Source: Paracoccaceae bacterium (GTDB lineage Bacteria > Pseudomonadota > Alphaproteobacteria > Rhodobacterales > Rhodobacteraceae). Taken from it: a stretch of DNA of 64,000 bases. The position numbers and the translations under genes are program-made. Within the stretch, counting starts at the first letter, position 1. Every line of letters starts with the position of its first letter. Location of the stretch: the NCBI GenBank assembly GCA_965200805.1, contig OZ241384.1, positions 763,305 to 827,304 on the forward strand, written 5' to 3'. Under the pieces are notes generated by a model. That model was not told the DNA's origin, made no database searches, and saw nothing but the letters and a program-made list of their open reading frames with translations. Positions 9,640-20,434 of the stretch are shown piece after piece.

Positions 9640-10701
9640 ATGATTTCTGACATTTCAGATCAGGCAGACGGGAAACTCCATAAAAACAGAACGGTGACCG
9701 AGTTTGATGGGCAGGATCAACCCGGCAACAGGATCGCTCATTTCCTGCACGACAATCCGGCAGTCGTTCCCCTGATCGTGCTGCTGGCCTCAACCACCAT
9801 CTTTAGCGTTCTGATCGGTGAGCGCTTCTTTTCAGCATTCACCTTGACCCTCATTCTTCAGCAAGTCGCAATTGTCGGGATTGTTGCCTGCGCACAATCG
9901 CTTGTCATACTGACCGCGGGGATCGATTTATCGGTGGGCGCGATCATGGTCCTGTCATCGGTGGTCATGGGAAAATTCACGTTCGATCTCGGGCTTCCTT
10001 CCGGCATTGCAATCTTCTTTGGCCTGGCCTGCGGTCTCCTCATTGGCGCGATCAATGGTGTGCTGGTCGCCTGTGTCAGACTGCCCCCATTCATTGTAAC
10101 CCTTGGTATGTGGCAGATCGCACTTGCTGCAAATTTCCTCTATTCCGGCAGCGAGGTCATCCGCAGCCAGGACATCGCAGCCCATGCGCCCCTCCTGCAA
10201 TTCTTTGGAAGAAAGGTTGAAATCGGTGGCGCGGTCTTCACGTATGGCGTCATACTCATGCTTCTTCTGGTCGGCTTTCTTTCCTATGTCCTGGGTCAGA
10301 CGGCCTGGGGTCGGCATGTATATGCGGTCGGCGATGATCCCGATGCAGCGGAACTGTCAGGCGTCAACATCAAGTCCACGCTGATCTCAGTCTATGCACT
10401 TGCCGGGCTGATCTGTGCATTCGCGGGATGGGTGCTGATTGGACGTTTGGGATCGGTGTCACCCCAGGCCGGACAACTGGCCAATATTGAATCCATCACG
10501 GCAGTTGTCATCGGAGGCATCTCACTGTTCGGGGGGCGCGGATCGATCGCCGGATCGCTCTTTGGTGCGCTGATCGTTGGTGTGTTTTCGCTCGGGCTGC
10601 GGCTGCTCGGTGCCGATGTCCAGTGGACCTATCTTCTCATCGGCATTCTTATCATTGTTGCGGTAACCGTGGACCAGTACATCAGAAAGGCAAGTGCATA
10701 A
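9640..10701 (+). CDS. Sugar ABC transporter permease (RbsC/FrcC-like, single polytopic subunit)
   Basis: Multiple hydrophobic segments and the motif TAGIDLSVGAIMVLS. Its stop overlaps the next start (TAATG at 10699-10703). The start is uncertain; the longest ORF begins at 9550. Confidence 0.85.
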   Translation: MISDISDQADGKLHKNRTVTEFDGQDQPGNRIAHFLHDNPAVVPLIVLLASTTIFSVLIGERFFSAFTLTLILQQVAIVGIVACAQSLVILTAGIDLSVGAIMVLSSVVMGKFTFDLGLPSGIAIFFGLACGLLIGAINGVLVACVRLPPFIVTLGMWQIALAANFLYSGSEVIRSQDIAAHAPLLQFFGRKVEIGGAVFTYGVILMLLLVGFLSYVLGQTAWGRHVYAVGDDPDAAELSGVNIKSTLISVYALAGLICAFAGWVLIGRLGSVSPQAGQLANIESITAVVIGGISLFGGRGSIAGSLFGALIVGVFSLGLRLLGADVQWTYLLIGILIIVAVTVDQYIRKASA

Positions 10702-11480
10702 TGGATCAGGCCGTTCTGAAAGGACGGGGACTCACCAAGCGTTACGGTCGGGTGACTGCGATGGAAAACAGTGATTTCGATCTTTTTTCAGGCGAAATTC
10801 TTGCCGTGATTGGTGACAACGGGGCGGGCAAATCGACGCTGATCAAGGCCCTGTCCGGAGCCATCAGGCCGGATAGCGGCGAGGTCATCCTTGATGGCGA
10901 GTTGGTCACTTTCAACTCACCCATTCACGCGCGGGAGTATGGCATCGAAACAGTCTACCAGACTCTGGCGATGTCACCTGCACTGTCCATAGCCGACAAC
11001 ATGTTCATGGGCCGGGAGATCCGGCGTCAGGGCGTAATGGGAAAAGTGTTCCGACAACTCGACAGGAAGGCGATGAATCGGATTGCCAGGGAAAAACTGT
11101 CGGAGCTGGGTCTCATGACGATCCAGAATATCGACCAAAAAGTCGAAACTCTTTCCGGAGGTCAAAGACAGGGTGTCGCAGTGGCACGTGCAGCTGCGTT
11201 CGGCTCCCGTGTTGTGATTCTTGACGAGCCGACAGCTGCATTGGGGGTGAAGGAAGGTCGCCGTGTTCTCGACCTGATCCTTGAAGTCAGGTCCCGGGGC
11301 ATTCCGATTATCCTGATCAGCCACAACATGCCTCATGTCTTCGAGGTGGCCGACCGTATCCATGTGCATCGTCTTGGTCGGCGCCTTTGCGTGATTGATC
11401 CCAGGGACATTTCCATGTCTGATGCGGTCGCGCTCATGACCGGTGCCATGCAACCGGAGGAAGTCGATGTTGCAGCGTGA
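10701..11480 (+). CDS. Sugar ABC transporter ATP-binding protein (single-cassette, FrcA-like)
   Basis: Walker A GDNGAGKST, signature LSGGQRQGV, Walker B VVILDEPTAAL and H-loop ISHNM. Confidence 0.9.
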   Translation: MDQAVLKGRGLTKRYGRVTAMENSDFDLFSGEILAVIGDNGAGKSTLIKALSGAIRPDSGEVILDGELVTFNSPIHAREYGIETVYQTLAMSPALSIADNMFMGREIRRQGVMGKVFRQLDRKAMNRIAREKLSELGLMTIQNIDQKVETLSGGQRQGVAVARAAAFGSRVVILDEPTAALGVKEGRRVLDLILEVRSRGIPIILISHNMPHVFEVADRIHVHRLGRRLCVIDPRDISMSDAVALMTGAMQPEEVDVAA

Positions 11481-11560
11481 ATCTGCTGTCGATAGCACGA
11501 CAATCTCCGGCCTGAAAAAGGCAGTGCCCGCATTCCGACCACCGACCTGGAGACATCTGG

Positions 11561-12550
11561 TCATTTGACTGAAATTGTGAGAACATCCTCTCTGTAGGGT
11601 CGCGGGCCGATATGGGAAATCGTTGCGGCAGCCATACGGCATCCAATCTGCGCAGAGTCTGCATGACCGAGACCGGCACAGTGTCCGTGAAGAAATCCGG
11701 CGGCAAACTGATCTCCTGCTCCGGTGGCATCAACGATATCCGTGGGGATTGCATCCACCTTGATGCTCGCATTGTTCTCAATGACCAGAACTCCATCCCC
11801 GGAACAGGTGCAGACGATCAGGATTGCCTCGCAGACAGCTCTGGAAACCACCGCTGGCAATGACGTGACCTCATAGAGCGCCATGAACTCTTCCTGATTG
11901 CCGATAACCATATCCGCGTTGTTTCTGATCAGATCCTGAAAAGCCTCCCGATGACGTTCAATGCAAAACGGATCTGACAGCGAAATGGCAACCCTTCCCC
12001 CTGCCCGGCGGCAAACCCGGGACGCATAGCGATAGGCCGCCTGGCTGTCCGGTCCATCAAATCGGTACCCTTCAAGAAACAGCCAGTTTGTCGCAGTCAC
12101 ACTCTCCTCATCAATGTCCTCCGGTGACAGGAATTCGGACGCGCCGAGATATGTGTTCATTGATCGCTCGCCATCGGGTGTGATGAGAATCATGGATCGT
12201 CCGGTTTCCTCTGCGGCACTGCCGACAAGTTTTGTCGTTGTGAAATCCACCCCGAGACCATGGAGGTCACCGGTGAAGATCCGGCCGAGAAAATCATCCT
12301 TGACCTTGCCGATATAGGCTGTTCTGCTGCCTAGGAGTGCCAGCCCAGCAGCTGTATTTGCCGCTGACCCGCCCGAACGCTCAACGGCACCACTCATGAG
12401 ATTGTACAACTTGCGGGCTCTTGTGATATCAACCAGCTGCATGACACCCTTGGTAACCCCATGCACTGTGAGAAATGATTCATCCACGTGACCCAGAACA
12501 TCAACGATGGCATTGCCGACCGAGACGACGTCGTATTTTTTCCCAATCAT
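11561..12550 (-). CDS. PfkB-family carbohydrate/adenosine kinase
   Basis: 329-aa ORF with an N-terminal VVSVGNAIVDV motif and C-terminal DATGAGDQFAAGFLHG. Confidence 0.85.
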   Translation of the reverse strand: MIGKKYDVVSVGNAIVDVLGHVDESFLTVHGVTKGVMQLVDITRARKLYNLMSGAVERSGGSAANTAAGLALLGSRTAYIGKVKDDFLGRIFTGDLHGLGVDFTTTKLVGSAAEETGRSMILITPDGERSMNTYLGASEFLSPEDIDEESVTATNWLFLEGYRFDGPDSQAAYRYASRVCRRAGGRVAISLSDPFCIERHREAFQDLIRNNADMVIGNQEEFMALYEVTSLPAVVSRAVCEAILIVCTCSGDGVLVIENNASIKVDAIPTDIVDATGAGDQFAAGFLHGHCAGLGHADSAQIGCRMAAATISHIGPRPYREDVLTISVK

Positions 12551-12702
12551 GGTGACCTCTCACGCCCGGACATCATTCCGTTGCACCGGATCAATGCTGC
12601 CATGACAAAAGGACGATGGAGGCAGACCAAGGCCTGGTGCTGATCGCAATGGAGGCACAGACAGGGAGCATCTCACACTGTCCGGTCAAGGCAACCGGAC
12701 GA

Positions 12703-13359
12703 TCAGCCATCAGGAACACCGTACCCTGCCAGCATCTCCGCCGTATCATCAATCTGCTCCCTGGTGAGGATGACCGGATCACCGGCCCGCATGGCAAGAT
12801 AATATTGCCGGGCAATTGTCTCGAGTTCGACGGCCCGCCACATTGCCTGCTCAATCCCCAGACCCGTTGCAACCATACCATGATTGGCCAGCAGGCAGGC
12901 AGTGCGCCCCTCAATCGCGGCAATCGCCAGATCCGCCAGTTCGGGAGAGCCGAATGTTGCATAGCCGGAACACCGCACATCAATACCGCCAAATGCGGCC
13001 ATCATGTAATGGCAGGCAGGGATGGGACGGCGCAAAATTGCAAGGCTCGTGCTGTAGGGCGGATGCGCATGGACAATGGCTGTGACATCGTTGCGGTTTT
13101 TCATCAGGCGCCAGTGGATTCGCCATTCGGTCGAGGGTTTGCGTGGACCGGTCCAGTCTCCTGTCATGGACCCGGCCAGATCCATGGCCGCAATCATGTC
13201 CGGCGTCATTTTCCTGTAGGGTGTCGCTGATGGTGAGATCAGCATGGTGTCCTCATGCCGAATGGAAATATTGCCCGATGTCCCCTGGTTCAGACCATTG
13301 GCATTCATCTCCAGGCAGGCATCGATGATATCCCTCCGGACATCGCTTTCCGTGGCCAT
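12703..13359 (-). CDS. Class II aldolase/adducin-family protein (fuculose-P aldolase / ribulose-5-P 4-epimerase-like)
   Basis: 218-aa ORF with GTSGNISIR, the metal-binding histidines IVHAHPPYS and LLANHGMVATG. Confidence 0.85.
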   Translation of the reverse strand: MATESDVRRDIIDACLEMNANGLNQGTSGNISIRHEDTMLISPSATPYRKMTPDMIAAMDLAGSMTGDWTGPRKPSTEWRIHWRLMKNRNDVTAIVHAHPPYSTSLAILRRPIPACHYMMAAFGGIDVRCSGYATFGSPELADLAIAAIEGRTACLLANHGMVATGLGIEQAMWRAVELETIARQYYLAMRAGDPVILTREQIDDTAEMLAGYGVPDG

Positions 13360-13362
13360 TTT

Positions 13363-14166
13363 CTATCCTTTCTCATGCGCTTCCAGCAAGTGGCTGACAA
13401 TTTCACGAAACCCGCTTCCACCTGCTGACTGTGCCACCCATTTTGGTGTCACGGTCATCTGATCAGCAAAATCACACACATTGGCAACCCCGCAGGCGTT
13501 GGCAAAGAAGGTGAACATCGGCGCATCATTCGGGCTGTCACCGACAAAGATGCATTCAGCATTTCGTTCATCGATTCTGATCTGCAGTCTTTCCATCGCA
13601 AACTGTCGGGTCATGGACAGCTTGTCATAATTCCCAAACCATCCGTTGACATGGATTGAGGAGATTTTGGCGATGGCTCCCTCTTCCATAAAAATCTGTT
13701 TGATGCGGGCAATGTCCTGATCGGCAAGCCGCGGAACATCCTCGCAGAAATCAACAGCGAGATCGGCAATACGGAAAGACTGGTCAGCCGAGAGAGCCGC
13801 GCCGGGCACTTCCGCCCTGATCCGGTCAATGATCCGGTCAAACCGATTGCTGTCACTGATATAGGGAGCAACATCCGGATGGAATGAGCGGATCATGCGT
13901 CGTGCCTGCCGGTCATAGGCGTAATAAAATGCCCCGTTTTCACCGACCACACCGGCAACCGGCCAAACGCGGGCAATCATGTCACACCAGCCGGCCGGCC
14001 GGCCCGTAACGGGGACAACGGCAATGCCGGCACGGTCAAGGTCCTCAAGGGCCTGGTAGGCAGCACCCGGCAGACGGCCCGCGGTTGTCAGGGTGTCATC
14101 AATATCACAGAAGGCAAACCGGACCGAGCGCGCAGTCTCTGGCGGCATTGAGGCAATCGGCTGCAT
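13363..14166 (-). CDS. HAD-superfamily hydrolase (subfamily IIB-like phosphatase)
   Basis: Motif I FCDIDDTLT and motif IV VGDSPNDAPMF. The ATG at 14166 lies 5 nt after the upstream stop. The longer ORF would overlap the upstream gene. Confidence 0.75.
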   Translation of the reverse strand: MQPIASMPPETARSVRFAFCDIDDTLTTAGRLPGAAYQALEDLDRAGIAVVPVTGRPAGWCDMIARVWPVAGVVGENGAFYYAYDRQARRMIRSFHPDVAPYISDSNRFDRIIDRIRAEVPGAALSADQSFRIADLAVDFCEDVPRLADQDIARIKQIFMEEGAIAKISSIHVNGWFGNYDKLSMTRQFAMERLQIRIDERNAECIFVGDSPNDAPMFTFFANACGVANVCDFADQMTVTPKWVAQSAGGSGFREIVSHLLEAHEKG

Positions 14167-14170
14167 CACC

Positions 14171-15598
14171 TCAGCGCTCCATCCGTGCCAGATCGGGCAG
14201 CACCCCCATTGCTGCTGCAAGGTCACAGAAGGAAAAGCGATCCCTGATCTCATGGGCGTGTGACACCGCCTCGTGATAGAATTCGAGCGGCACACCCAGA
14301 TCCTCCGCCGTTGTCGGACCTCCGGCTTCCCTGAGGCGTCTCTCCATCACCTCAACGGGGACGGCAATCTCCAGACACTCGGCCCGCAATTCAGGCCAGA
14401 TTCGGGCCAGTGTGTCGTTCACGTGTTCAATTCTCCGGGCATCAAGCGGTTTCTGCGCGAGTGCCCCGGCACATCGCTGCGCGACATCTTTGCCCATCCG
14501 CCGCGTCATGTCATCATGATCCACCGGGACCGGGGAGAGAGTCGGCGGTGCCTCGGAAGCCAGTATGTGTTGCTGAATTCGGCCCATGGTCAGTGTTGCC
14601 ACGCCCACCTGCTGACCATGCGTTGACCCGGGGTGCCGGTCACCGGCAAAACAATCAATGTAATGCGAGATTTGATGCTCTCCCATCGAACCGTGATTGG
14701 AGACGCCGGTGAAGGAAATTCCAAGTCCGCAGAGAGTGAGGACACGAAAGAGAAAACCCACAGCGTCGGGATTGCCTCTGGCGATTCCGGACGCATGGTC
14801 CATGAGGATCAGCTCATCGGGGATTTCAATCAGATAGGGTTCATGGCGATAGAATGTGCCAAGGAGTCGATGGGACATCCACCAGTCAATCTGGGCTGTC
14901 GAGCGGCAGAGTGAATCACCAAATCCGGCTGCATTGAGCCATGGCGGCGCCGAAGCACAGACCTCAAGATCGACAAAGAATCCCGCGGGCAGCTGTGCCG
15001 ACCTTGAAACCTTGAGACCGTCATCCAGGGTCATTGACGCGGTTGAGGACGTGTAGCCATTCATTGATCCGGCTGTCGCAAAGACACAATAACGCTGGCG
15101 CTGGCGGTATGTGGCAAACTTGACCAGATCGTTCACTGTTCCGGAGCCAACCGCAACCACGGACCGCTCGGGGTCAAGCCTTTGGGTGAGGGTCCGTGCT
15201 GTCGCCATATCGGCGTGCGGATGATCAAGAATGATTTCATCAACCGCACCTGTCCTGGCAAGACTCCTGGCAATCCGCTCACCGAGCGCACCGTGGGTCC
15301 CCGAGTCGGAGACAATGGTGTAGGGCGGTGCAAATCCAATCGACCGGACCAGTTCGGCATCCCTGTTTGCGAGCGAATCCTCAATGACAATGCGACTGGC
15401 GAACCCCGTCTGCAGACGCGAGCCGGTCAGGGGATTGATCCAGGTGCCCCTGCAGAACGCATCGATGAGGTCTGTCCAGGAGCGTGGTGTCATGACCGGG
15501 GACATCTGCGGTGCTGCCATGACCACGCGCTGGCCCGGTGTGAGGGAAATGGCTGCCATATCCGGTGGAACGGGTCGGAAGGTCGGGGCGTTTGCCAT
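14171..15598 (-). CDS. Iron-containing alcohol dehydrogenase-family protein (glycerol-1-phosphate dehydrogenase / AraM-like)
   Basis: Has VVAVGSGTVNDLVKFA and the His-rich metal site GSMGEHQISHY...HGQQVG. The start is uncertain. The longest ORF (to 15811) would overlap the divergent regulator gene, so I use the internal ATG at 15598. Confidence 0.7.
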   Translation of the reverse strand: MANAPTFRPVPPDMAAISLTPGQRVVMAAPQMSPVMTPRSWTDLIDAFCRGTWINPLTGSRLQTGFASRIVIEDSLANRDAELVRSIGFAPPYTIVSDSGTHGALGERIARSLARTGAVDEIILDHPHADMATARTLTQRLDPERSVVAVGSGTVNDLVKFATYRQRQRYCVFATAGSMNGYTSSTASMTLDDGLKVSRSAQLPAGFFVDLEVCASAPPWLNAAGFGDSLCRSTAQIDWWMSHRLLGTFYRHEPYLIEIPDELILMDHASGIARGNPDAVGFLFRVLTLCGLGISFTGVSNHGSMGEHQISHYIDCFAGDRHPGSTHGQQVGVATLTMGRIQQHILASEAPPTLSPVPVDHDDMTRRMGKDVAQRCAGALAQKPLDARRIEHVNDTLARIWPELRAECLEIAVPVEVMERRLREAGGPTTAEDLGVPLEFYHEAVSHAHEIRDRFSFCDLAAAMGVLPDLARMER

Positions 15599-15770
15599 GC
15601 ATTGACAGCGTTGCATGAATTGGTTTTTGACATGGGGAATTCCCGATTCGAGCGACACCCGTACCCAAAGCAGGATTGACGATTGCCACCATTTCATGGA
15701 AAATGTCAAGACTCTGTTGTGGTCATGCCACAGCAGACCGATCCGGAAAATGGAGTGACGGACAAGCGGT

Positions 15771-16709
15771 ATGGCCAAGGATTTTGCCGGCAATCCCATG
15801 CATGCAGCCATCTGGCTGTATTATGTTCAGGAGTGCACCCAGGACGAAATCGCCTCACTCCTCGGAACCAGTCGCCAAACAGTTGCCAAATACCTCAAGG
15901 AGGGGCGTAAACGGGGTCTGGTGACCACCCGGGTTGACCCTGATCTTCTGCAGGAACAGGAACTTGCCGCCCGCCTGCGTGCCGCATTCAATCTCAAGGG
16001 GGCTCATGTTGTGCCTGCAATGGAGAACGCGGACGCCATTCGACATGCTGTTGGCCGCGCCGGAGCCCGTGTCGTGACCCGGTGCATTGATGATGGTGCG
16101 ATTCTGGGGATTTCTTCCGGGCGAACAGTCGGCGCGCTGGTCCGGAACATGCCCCCTGTGACACATCCGGACTCAACCGTCATTGAAGTTGCAGGAAGTC
16201 CGATGCTTGGGGTTTTTGACACACCGGCCGGCTGCGCGGCAGAACTGGCCGGCTGTCTGACTGCCCGCTGCCGCGCACTCCATGCACCGGCCTATCTGTC
16301 GACACCGGAACTGGCCCGTGCCCTCTCCTCGGAGCCCCTGATTTCCGAGCATTTTTCTCTCATGGCAAAATGTCATCTCCTTGTATTCGGGATTGGTGAA
16401 CTGACGGCAGCGATCGACCTTCTGCGCCCGGCCGATCTGAATCAGACCATTTGTGATCATTATCTTGCTGCGGGTGCCCGGGGGATTGTCTTCGGCCGAT
16501 TCATCGACGCCAGGGGGGATGAGGTTCCAGGACCGCTCATCGACCGGACGATGGCCATTGCGCTGGATAGGGTCCGGTTGATCCCCAACCGGATCGGTAT
16601 CGGTGGCGGTGCCGTCAAATCCGATGCCGTGCGTGCGGCAGCGACGGGTGGAATCCTGACACATCTGGTCGTCGACACATCGCTGGCAACAGCACTTCTC
16701 GGCAGGTAA
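15771..16709 (+). CDS. SorC/DeoR-type sugar-binding transcriptional regulator
   Basis: N-terminal HTH (AAIWLYYVQECTQDEIASLLGTSRQTVAKYLKEGRKRGLV) plus a SorC-like sugar-binding domain. It is divergent from the Fe-ADH/HAD/aldolase genes. Confidence 0.8.
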   Translation: MAKDFAGNPMHAAIWLYYVQECTQDEIASLLGTSRQTVAKYLKEGRKRGLVTTRVDPDLLQEQELAARLRAAFNLKGAHVVPAMENADAIRHAVGRAGARVVTRCIDDGAILGISSGRTVGALVRNMPPVTHPDSTVIEVAGSPMLGVFDTPAGCAAELAGCLTARCRALHAPAYLSTPELARALSSEPLISEHFSLMAKCHLLVFGIGELTAAIDLLRPADLNQTICDHYLAAGARGIVFGRFIDARGDEVPGPLIDRTMAIALDRVRLIPNRIGIGGGAVKSDAVRAAATGGILTHLVVDTSLATALLGR

Positions 16710-16722
16710 ACATGCGGGTGTC

Positions 16723-18213
16723 ATGAAATTCGTTATCGGCATCGACAGTTCGACACAGTCCACCAAGGCCATTGCCTGGGACCCCGATGGACAAGCGCTT
16801 GGTGAGGGCCGGGCTGACATCCCGATGACACAGACCGCAGCCTGTCATTTTGAGCAGGAGCCGGATGACTGGTGGCATGCCTGCAGACAGGCGCTTCTCG
16901 ATCTCGGTCAGCATGTCGATATGGCAAAGGCGGAAGCGCTCGCGATTTCCAATCAACGCGAAACAATCGGTTTCCTGGGCACCGGGGGGGAGACGGTTCG
17001 CCCGTCCATCGTCTGGCTCGATGAACGGGCCCTTGACTCCGTCGCCGCGTTTTCCAGCAGTTTTGGTGGTCCGGAACTGCACCGGATCTCCGGCAAGCCT
17101 GTTGACCTGACACCGGTCGTCTACCGGCTGCACTGGCTCACGCAGCATGAACCCGAATCACTGGTCGCAACAGACCTGTTTGTCGATGTGCACAGCTACC
17201 TTACCGGCCGCTTCACGGGCCATCCGGCTGCAAGCTGGACAAGTGCAGACCCCATGGGAACCTTTGACATCCATTCACTCACCTGGTCCGATGCAATTCT
17301 CGCAGCACTGGATCTGTCCATTGATCAGTTTCCGACACCCTATGCTCCTGGAAGCACAGTGGGAGCAGTCAGTGAGGCTGCGGCGCGGGCAACGGGTCTC
17401 CCGGCAGGAGTGCCGGTTATTGCTGCCGGTGGTGATGGCCAGTGTGCCGGTCTGGGAATCAATGCCATGCGCTCGGGTCGTGCCTATCTCAATCTTGGCA
17501 CCGCCCTGATTACCGGTGCCTGGGGGGCTGATCCGGTGATCTCCCTTGATTGGCGCACCATGACGTCGCCAACAGGACACGGTTATTTCTATGAAGGCGT
17601 TCTGCGGGCCGGAACGTTCCTGATTGACTGGTTCATCAGGACATTTGTCAATGCCACACCAGACGCCGATATCTTTGCGAGGCTTGAGCGGCAGGCGACC
17701 AGCCTGCCGGTCGGAGCAGCAGGCGTCACAGTCAGCCCGTATCTTTCCGGGTGCATGAACCCGCACTGGACCATGGATGCATCGGCGGCAATCATGGGCA
17801 TGCGTTCAACCCACGAGACCGGACATGTCTATCGGGCCGTGCTGGAATCACTGACTGGAGAAGTGGCCCGCACAGTTCTGGCCATGACACGCAGCGGTGT
17901 CCCGATTGATCGCATCGTTGCCGTCGGCGGCGGTGCCAACTCATTACTCTGGCGGTCCATGATTGCTGATGCCACCGGGCTGCCACTCTTTGTCAGCCAC
18001 TCCCTTGAAGCCTCCTCCCTCGGAGCAGCAATCACCGCCGCCAAGGGGATCGGATGGTACCCGGATTTCGATACCGCCGCTGAAGCGATGTCGCGGATGG
18101 GAGATGCCGTTCTGCCCAACCCGCAACACCGGGATGACTGGAAAAAACTGCTGGACCGACAGGATCAGCTCAATCGCTCCCTTGTCACAGGCAGCCCCGC
18201 TTCCGCCGCGTGA
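16723..18213 (+). CDS. FGGY-family carbohydrate kinase (xylulokinase/rhamnulokinase-like)
   Basis: Begins MKFVIGIDSSTQSTKAIAWD. Has the second FGGY signature region VAVGGGANSLLWRSMIADATG. Confidence 0.85.
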   Translation: MKFVIGIDSSTQSTKAIAWDPDGQALGEGRADIPMTQTAACHFEQEPDDWWHACRQALLDLGQHVDMAKAEALAISNQRETIGFLGTGGETVRPSIVWLDERALDSVAAFSSSFGGPELHRISGKPVDLTPVVYRLHWLTQHEPESLVATDLFVDVHSYLTGRFTGHPAASWTSADPMGTFDIHSLTWSDAILAALDLSIDQFPTPYAPGSTVGAVSEAAARATGLPAGVPVIAAGGDGQCAGLGINAMRSGRAYLNLGTALITGAWGADPVISLDWRTMTSPTGHGYFYEGVLRAGTFLIDWFIRTFVNATPDADIFARLERQATSLPVGAAGVTVSPYLSGCMNPHWTMDASAAIMGMRSTHETGHVYRAVLESLTGEVARTVLAMTRSGVPIDRIVAVGGGANSLLWRSMIADATGLPLFVSHSLEASSLGAAITAAKGIGWYPDFDTAAEAMSRMGDAVLPNPQHRDDWKKLLDRQDQLNRSLVTGSPASAA

Positions 18214-18256
18214 GTGCCCACACATCGGGGTGAGGAATCACTGAATCAGCGTGCAT

Positions 18257-20305
18257 CTACCGCACCATCGCTGCGACGTTTCCACCATCAACGGTCAGAA
18301 CCGCGCCGCTGGTTTTGCGGGCCTTGGCAAGGTGAAGAAATGCCTCAGCGACATCCCGGGCAAGGACCTCGCGTCTGACAAGATTGCCCCGCATGTACTC
18401 TTCGGGAGAAATCCCGCGGGCAGCGGCCCGTTCCCTGACGAAATCATCAGTCAGCAGATTGGTGCGGATGCGGTCAGCGTTGACGGCGTTTGATGTGATC
18501 CCGGCGGCACCATGCTCAATGGCATACTGTTTGACCAGAGCAAGAAGGGCGGCCTTGGATGTCCCATAGGGACCAAGTCCGGCACCGGGGTTGAGGGCCT
18601 GCTTGCTGACATTGAAGACCAGTGCACCCCCGGTCCCCTGCTTCTCCATCACGGCAACGCACGCTCTGGCAACATAATGGTGGCTCCAGAAGTTCAGTTC
18701 ATGGGATGCCCGGAAAACCTCCTCATCGACATCAATGAGGCGTCCCTGATGGGCAGCACCGGCATTTGATATGAGAATGTCAATCCCGCCAAAACGCTCG
18801 ACGACCGCACGGATCGCACGCTCAACGGCCGCCTCATCAGTGACATCACAGGCGAACCCCGCTCCACCAATCGCCGCCGCGGTCTCCTCCAGCGCCGCGG
18901 TATTGACATCGAGCAGGGCAACTTCAGCGCCATCATCCAGAAAGACCCTGGCGGCTTCCCGACCAAGACCGCTTGCTGCGCCGGTGACCAGAACCACCTG
19001 GCGGTGGAGGGGCTTCTCGGCGGATTTTGCGATCTTTGCCTGCTCGAGCGACCAGTACTCGATATCAAACAGTTCCTCCTCACCCAGTGCCTCGAATGTG
19101 CCGATTCCCTCAGCCCGGGTGATGACATTGACTGTTGCCTCGGCAACATCCGCAGCAACCCTTGCCTCCTTCCCGGTCCGCCCGACCCCAAACAATCCGA
19201 CACCGGGGACATAAACAACTCTCGGTATCGGGTCGAGACATGTGCGATCACCACCGACACGGGCATTGTTGCGGTCAAAGTAGGCACAGTAGGCATCGGC
19301 ATAATCCCTGACTGCCCGCTTGAGACTGTCGGCATAGGCTGCAAGGGTCCCGGCACCGGGCGGCGGCGAGATCATGCCAAAGCGCTTGATGCGGATCGAG
19401 TGATCCGGTGTGGCATTGCCGCGGGTGGCATAATCGCCGATTTCCCGACCATCGACGAAATGACGGATTTCATCCGATGTCCGATGGTGCAGAATCCAGC
19501 GATCCGGACGCCCCTCGATCGCTGTTTCCCGGGCAAGAGCCCCCCGCAAAACCGGCGCAAAATCAGCAATGGGCGGTGATATGTCCGGGAGTGTCCTGGC
19601 AGCAAATGGCCGGGGATTGCCACCATCAAGACAGGCCTTGGCTTTGGTGCACATGGCAATCATGTCCTCGTAGGATTGGCGCGGGTCATCGTTGAAGGTA
19701 AAAATCCCATGGTTCAGGAGAACAAGGCTGCTGACCCCGGCCACAGAATCGAGAATGTCCTGGCAAGCCTTTGCCAGCAGGAAACCGGGGAACACATAGG
19801 GCACAATCGTCGTCTCCGGGAACAGATCACGGATTCGATCCTCACCATCAGGCTGGTTGGTAAGGGACACGATTGCATTGGCATGCGTATGGTCGACATG
19901 CTTGCACGGCAAAATCGCGTGCAGGACAGCCTCAATGGACGGGTTGGGAGCCATCGGGTCAAGGAGCATTCGACGCTGGGCGGCGACCAGATCATGATCG
20001 CTCAGGGATTCAAGCCGGGCCAGGGCAGCCAGAGGCTGCAATTCAACAGCCGGGAGGCCGGCCGGCTCAATGGTTCCCATGTCCCACCCGGATCCCTTGA
20101 CACAGAGGACATCATGGGTGATGCCGGTGGCATCGGTCATCCTTGTCTTGACCGAGGTGTTGCCGCCACCATGGAGAACCAGTTCCGGATCCTGACCCAG
20201 GAGTCGGGTTGTGTAGGTCCGGATTGCGAGATCCTCGCTGATCCCGTTGTCGGCACAGGTGGCTATCAGGGAGTCCAGTTCAGACTGATTCCACTGTGAA
20301 CGCAT
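18257..20305 (-). CDS. Bifunctional class II aldolase / short-chain dehydrogenase (rhamnulose-1-P aldolase/SDR-like)
   Basis: N-terminal aldolase domain (LHGGGNTSVK, HVDHTHANA) fused to a C-terminal SDR (VVLVTGAASGLG, YGTSKAAL). AGGAGAG lies 4 nt before the ATG at 20305. Confidence 0.85.
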   Translation of the reverse strand: MRSQWNQSELDSLIATCADNGISEDLAIRTYTTRLLGQDPELVLHGGGNTSVKTRMTDATGITHDVLCVKGSGWDMGTIEPAGLPAVELQPLAALARLESLSDHDLVAAQRRMLLDPMAPNPSIEAVLHAILPCKHVDHTHANAIVSLTNQPDGEDRIRDLFPETTIVPYVFPGFLLAKACQDILDSVAGVSSLVLLNHGIFTFNDDPRQSYEDMIAMCTKAKACLDGGNPRPFAARTLPDISPPIADFAPVLRGALARETAIEGRPDRWILHHRTSDEIRHFVDGREIGDYATRGNATPDHSIRIKRFGMISPPPGAGTLAAYADSLKRAVRDYADAYCAYFDRNNARVGGDRTCLDPIPRVVYVPGVGLFGVGRTGKEARVAADVAEATVNVITRAEGIGTFEALGEEELFDIEYWSLEQAKIAKSAEKPLHRQVVLVTGAASGLGREAARVFLDDGAEVALLDVNTAALEETAAAIGGAGFACDVTDEAAVERAIRAVVERFGGIDILISNAGAAHQGRLIDVDEEVFRASHELNFWSHHYVARACVAVMEKQGTGGALVFNVSKQALNPGAGLGPYGTSKAALLALVKQYAIEHGAAGITSNAVNADRIRTNLLTDDFVRERAAARGISPEEYMRGNLVRREVLARDVAEAFLHLAKARKTSGAVLTVDGGNVAAMVR

Positions 20306-20434
20306 ACATCTCTCCTCTCTCCGACTGCCTGCAAGCAGCCCGATTTCACATTTTCGCGATTTCACATCCCGATATTGCACTGGCAAACACAGATGCCGAA
20401 TTCGGCCCTGCAGTTCCAGAGGCAGCGGCCGTGT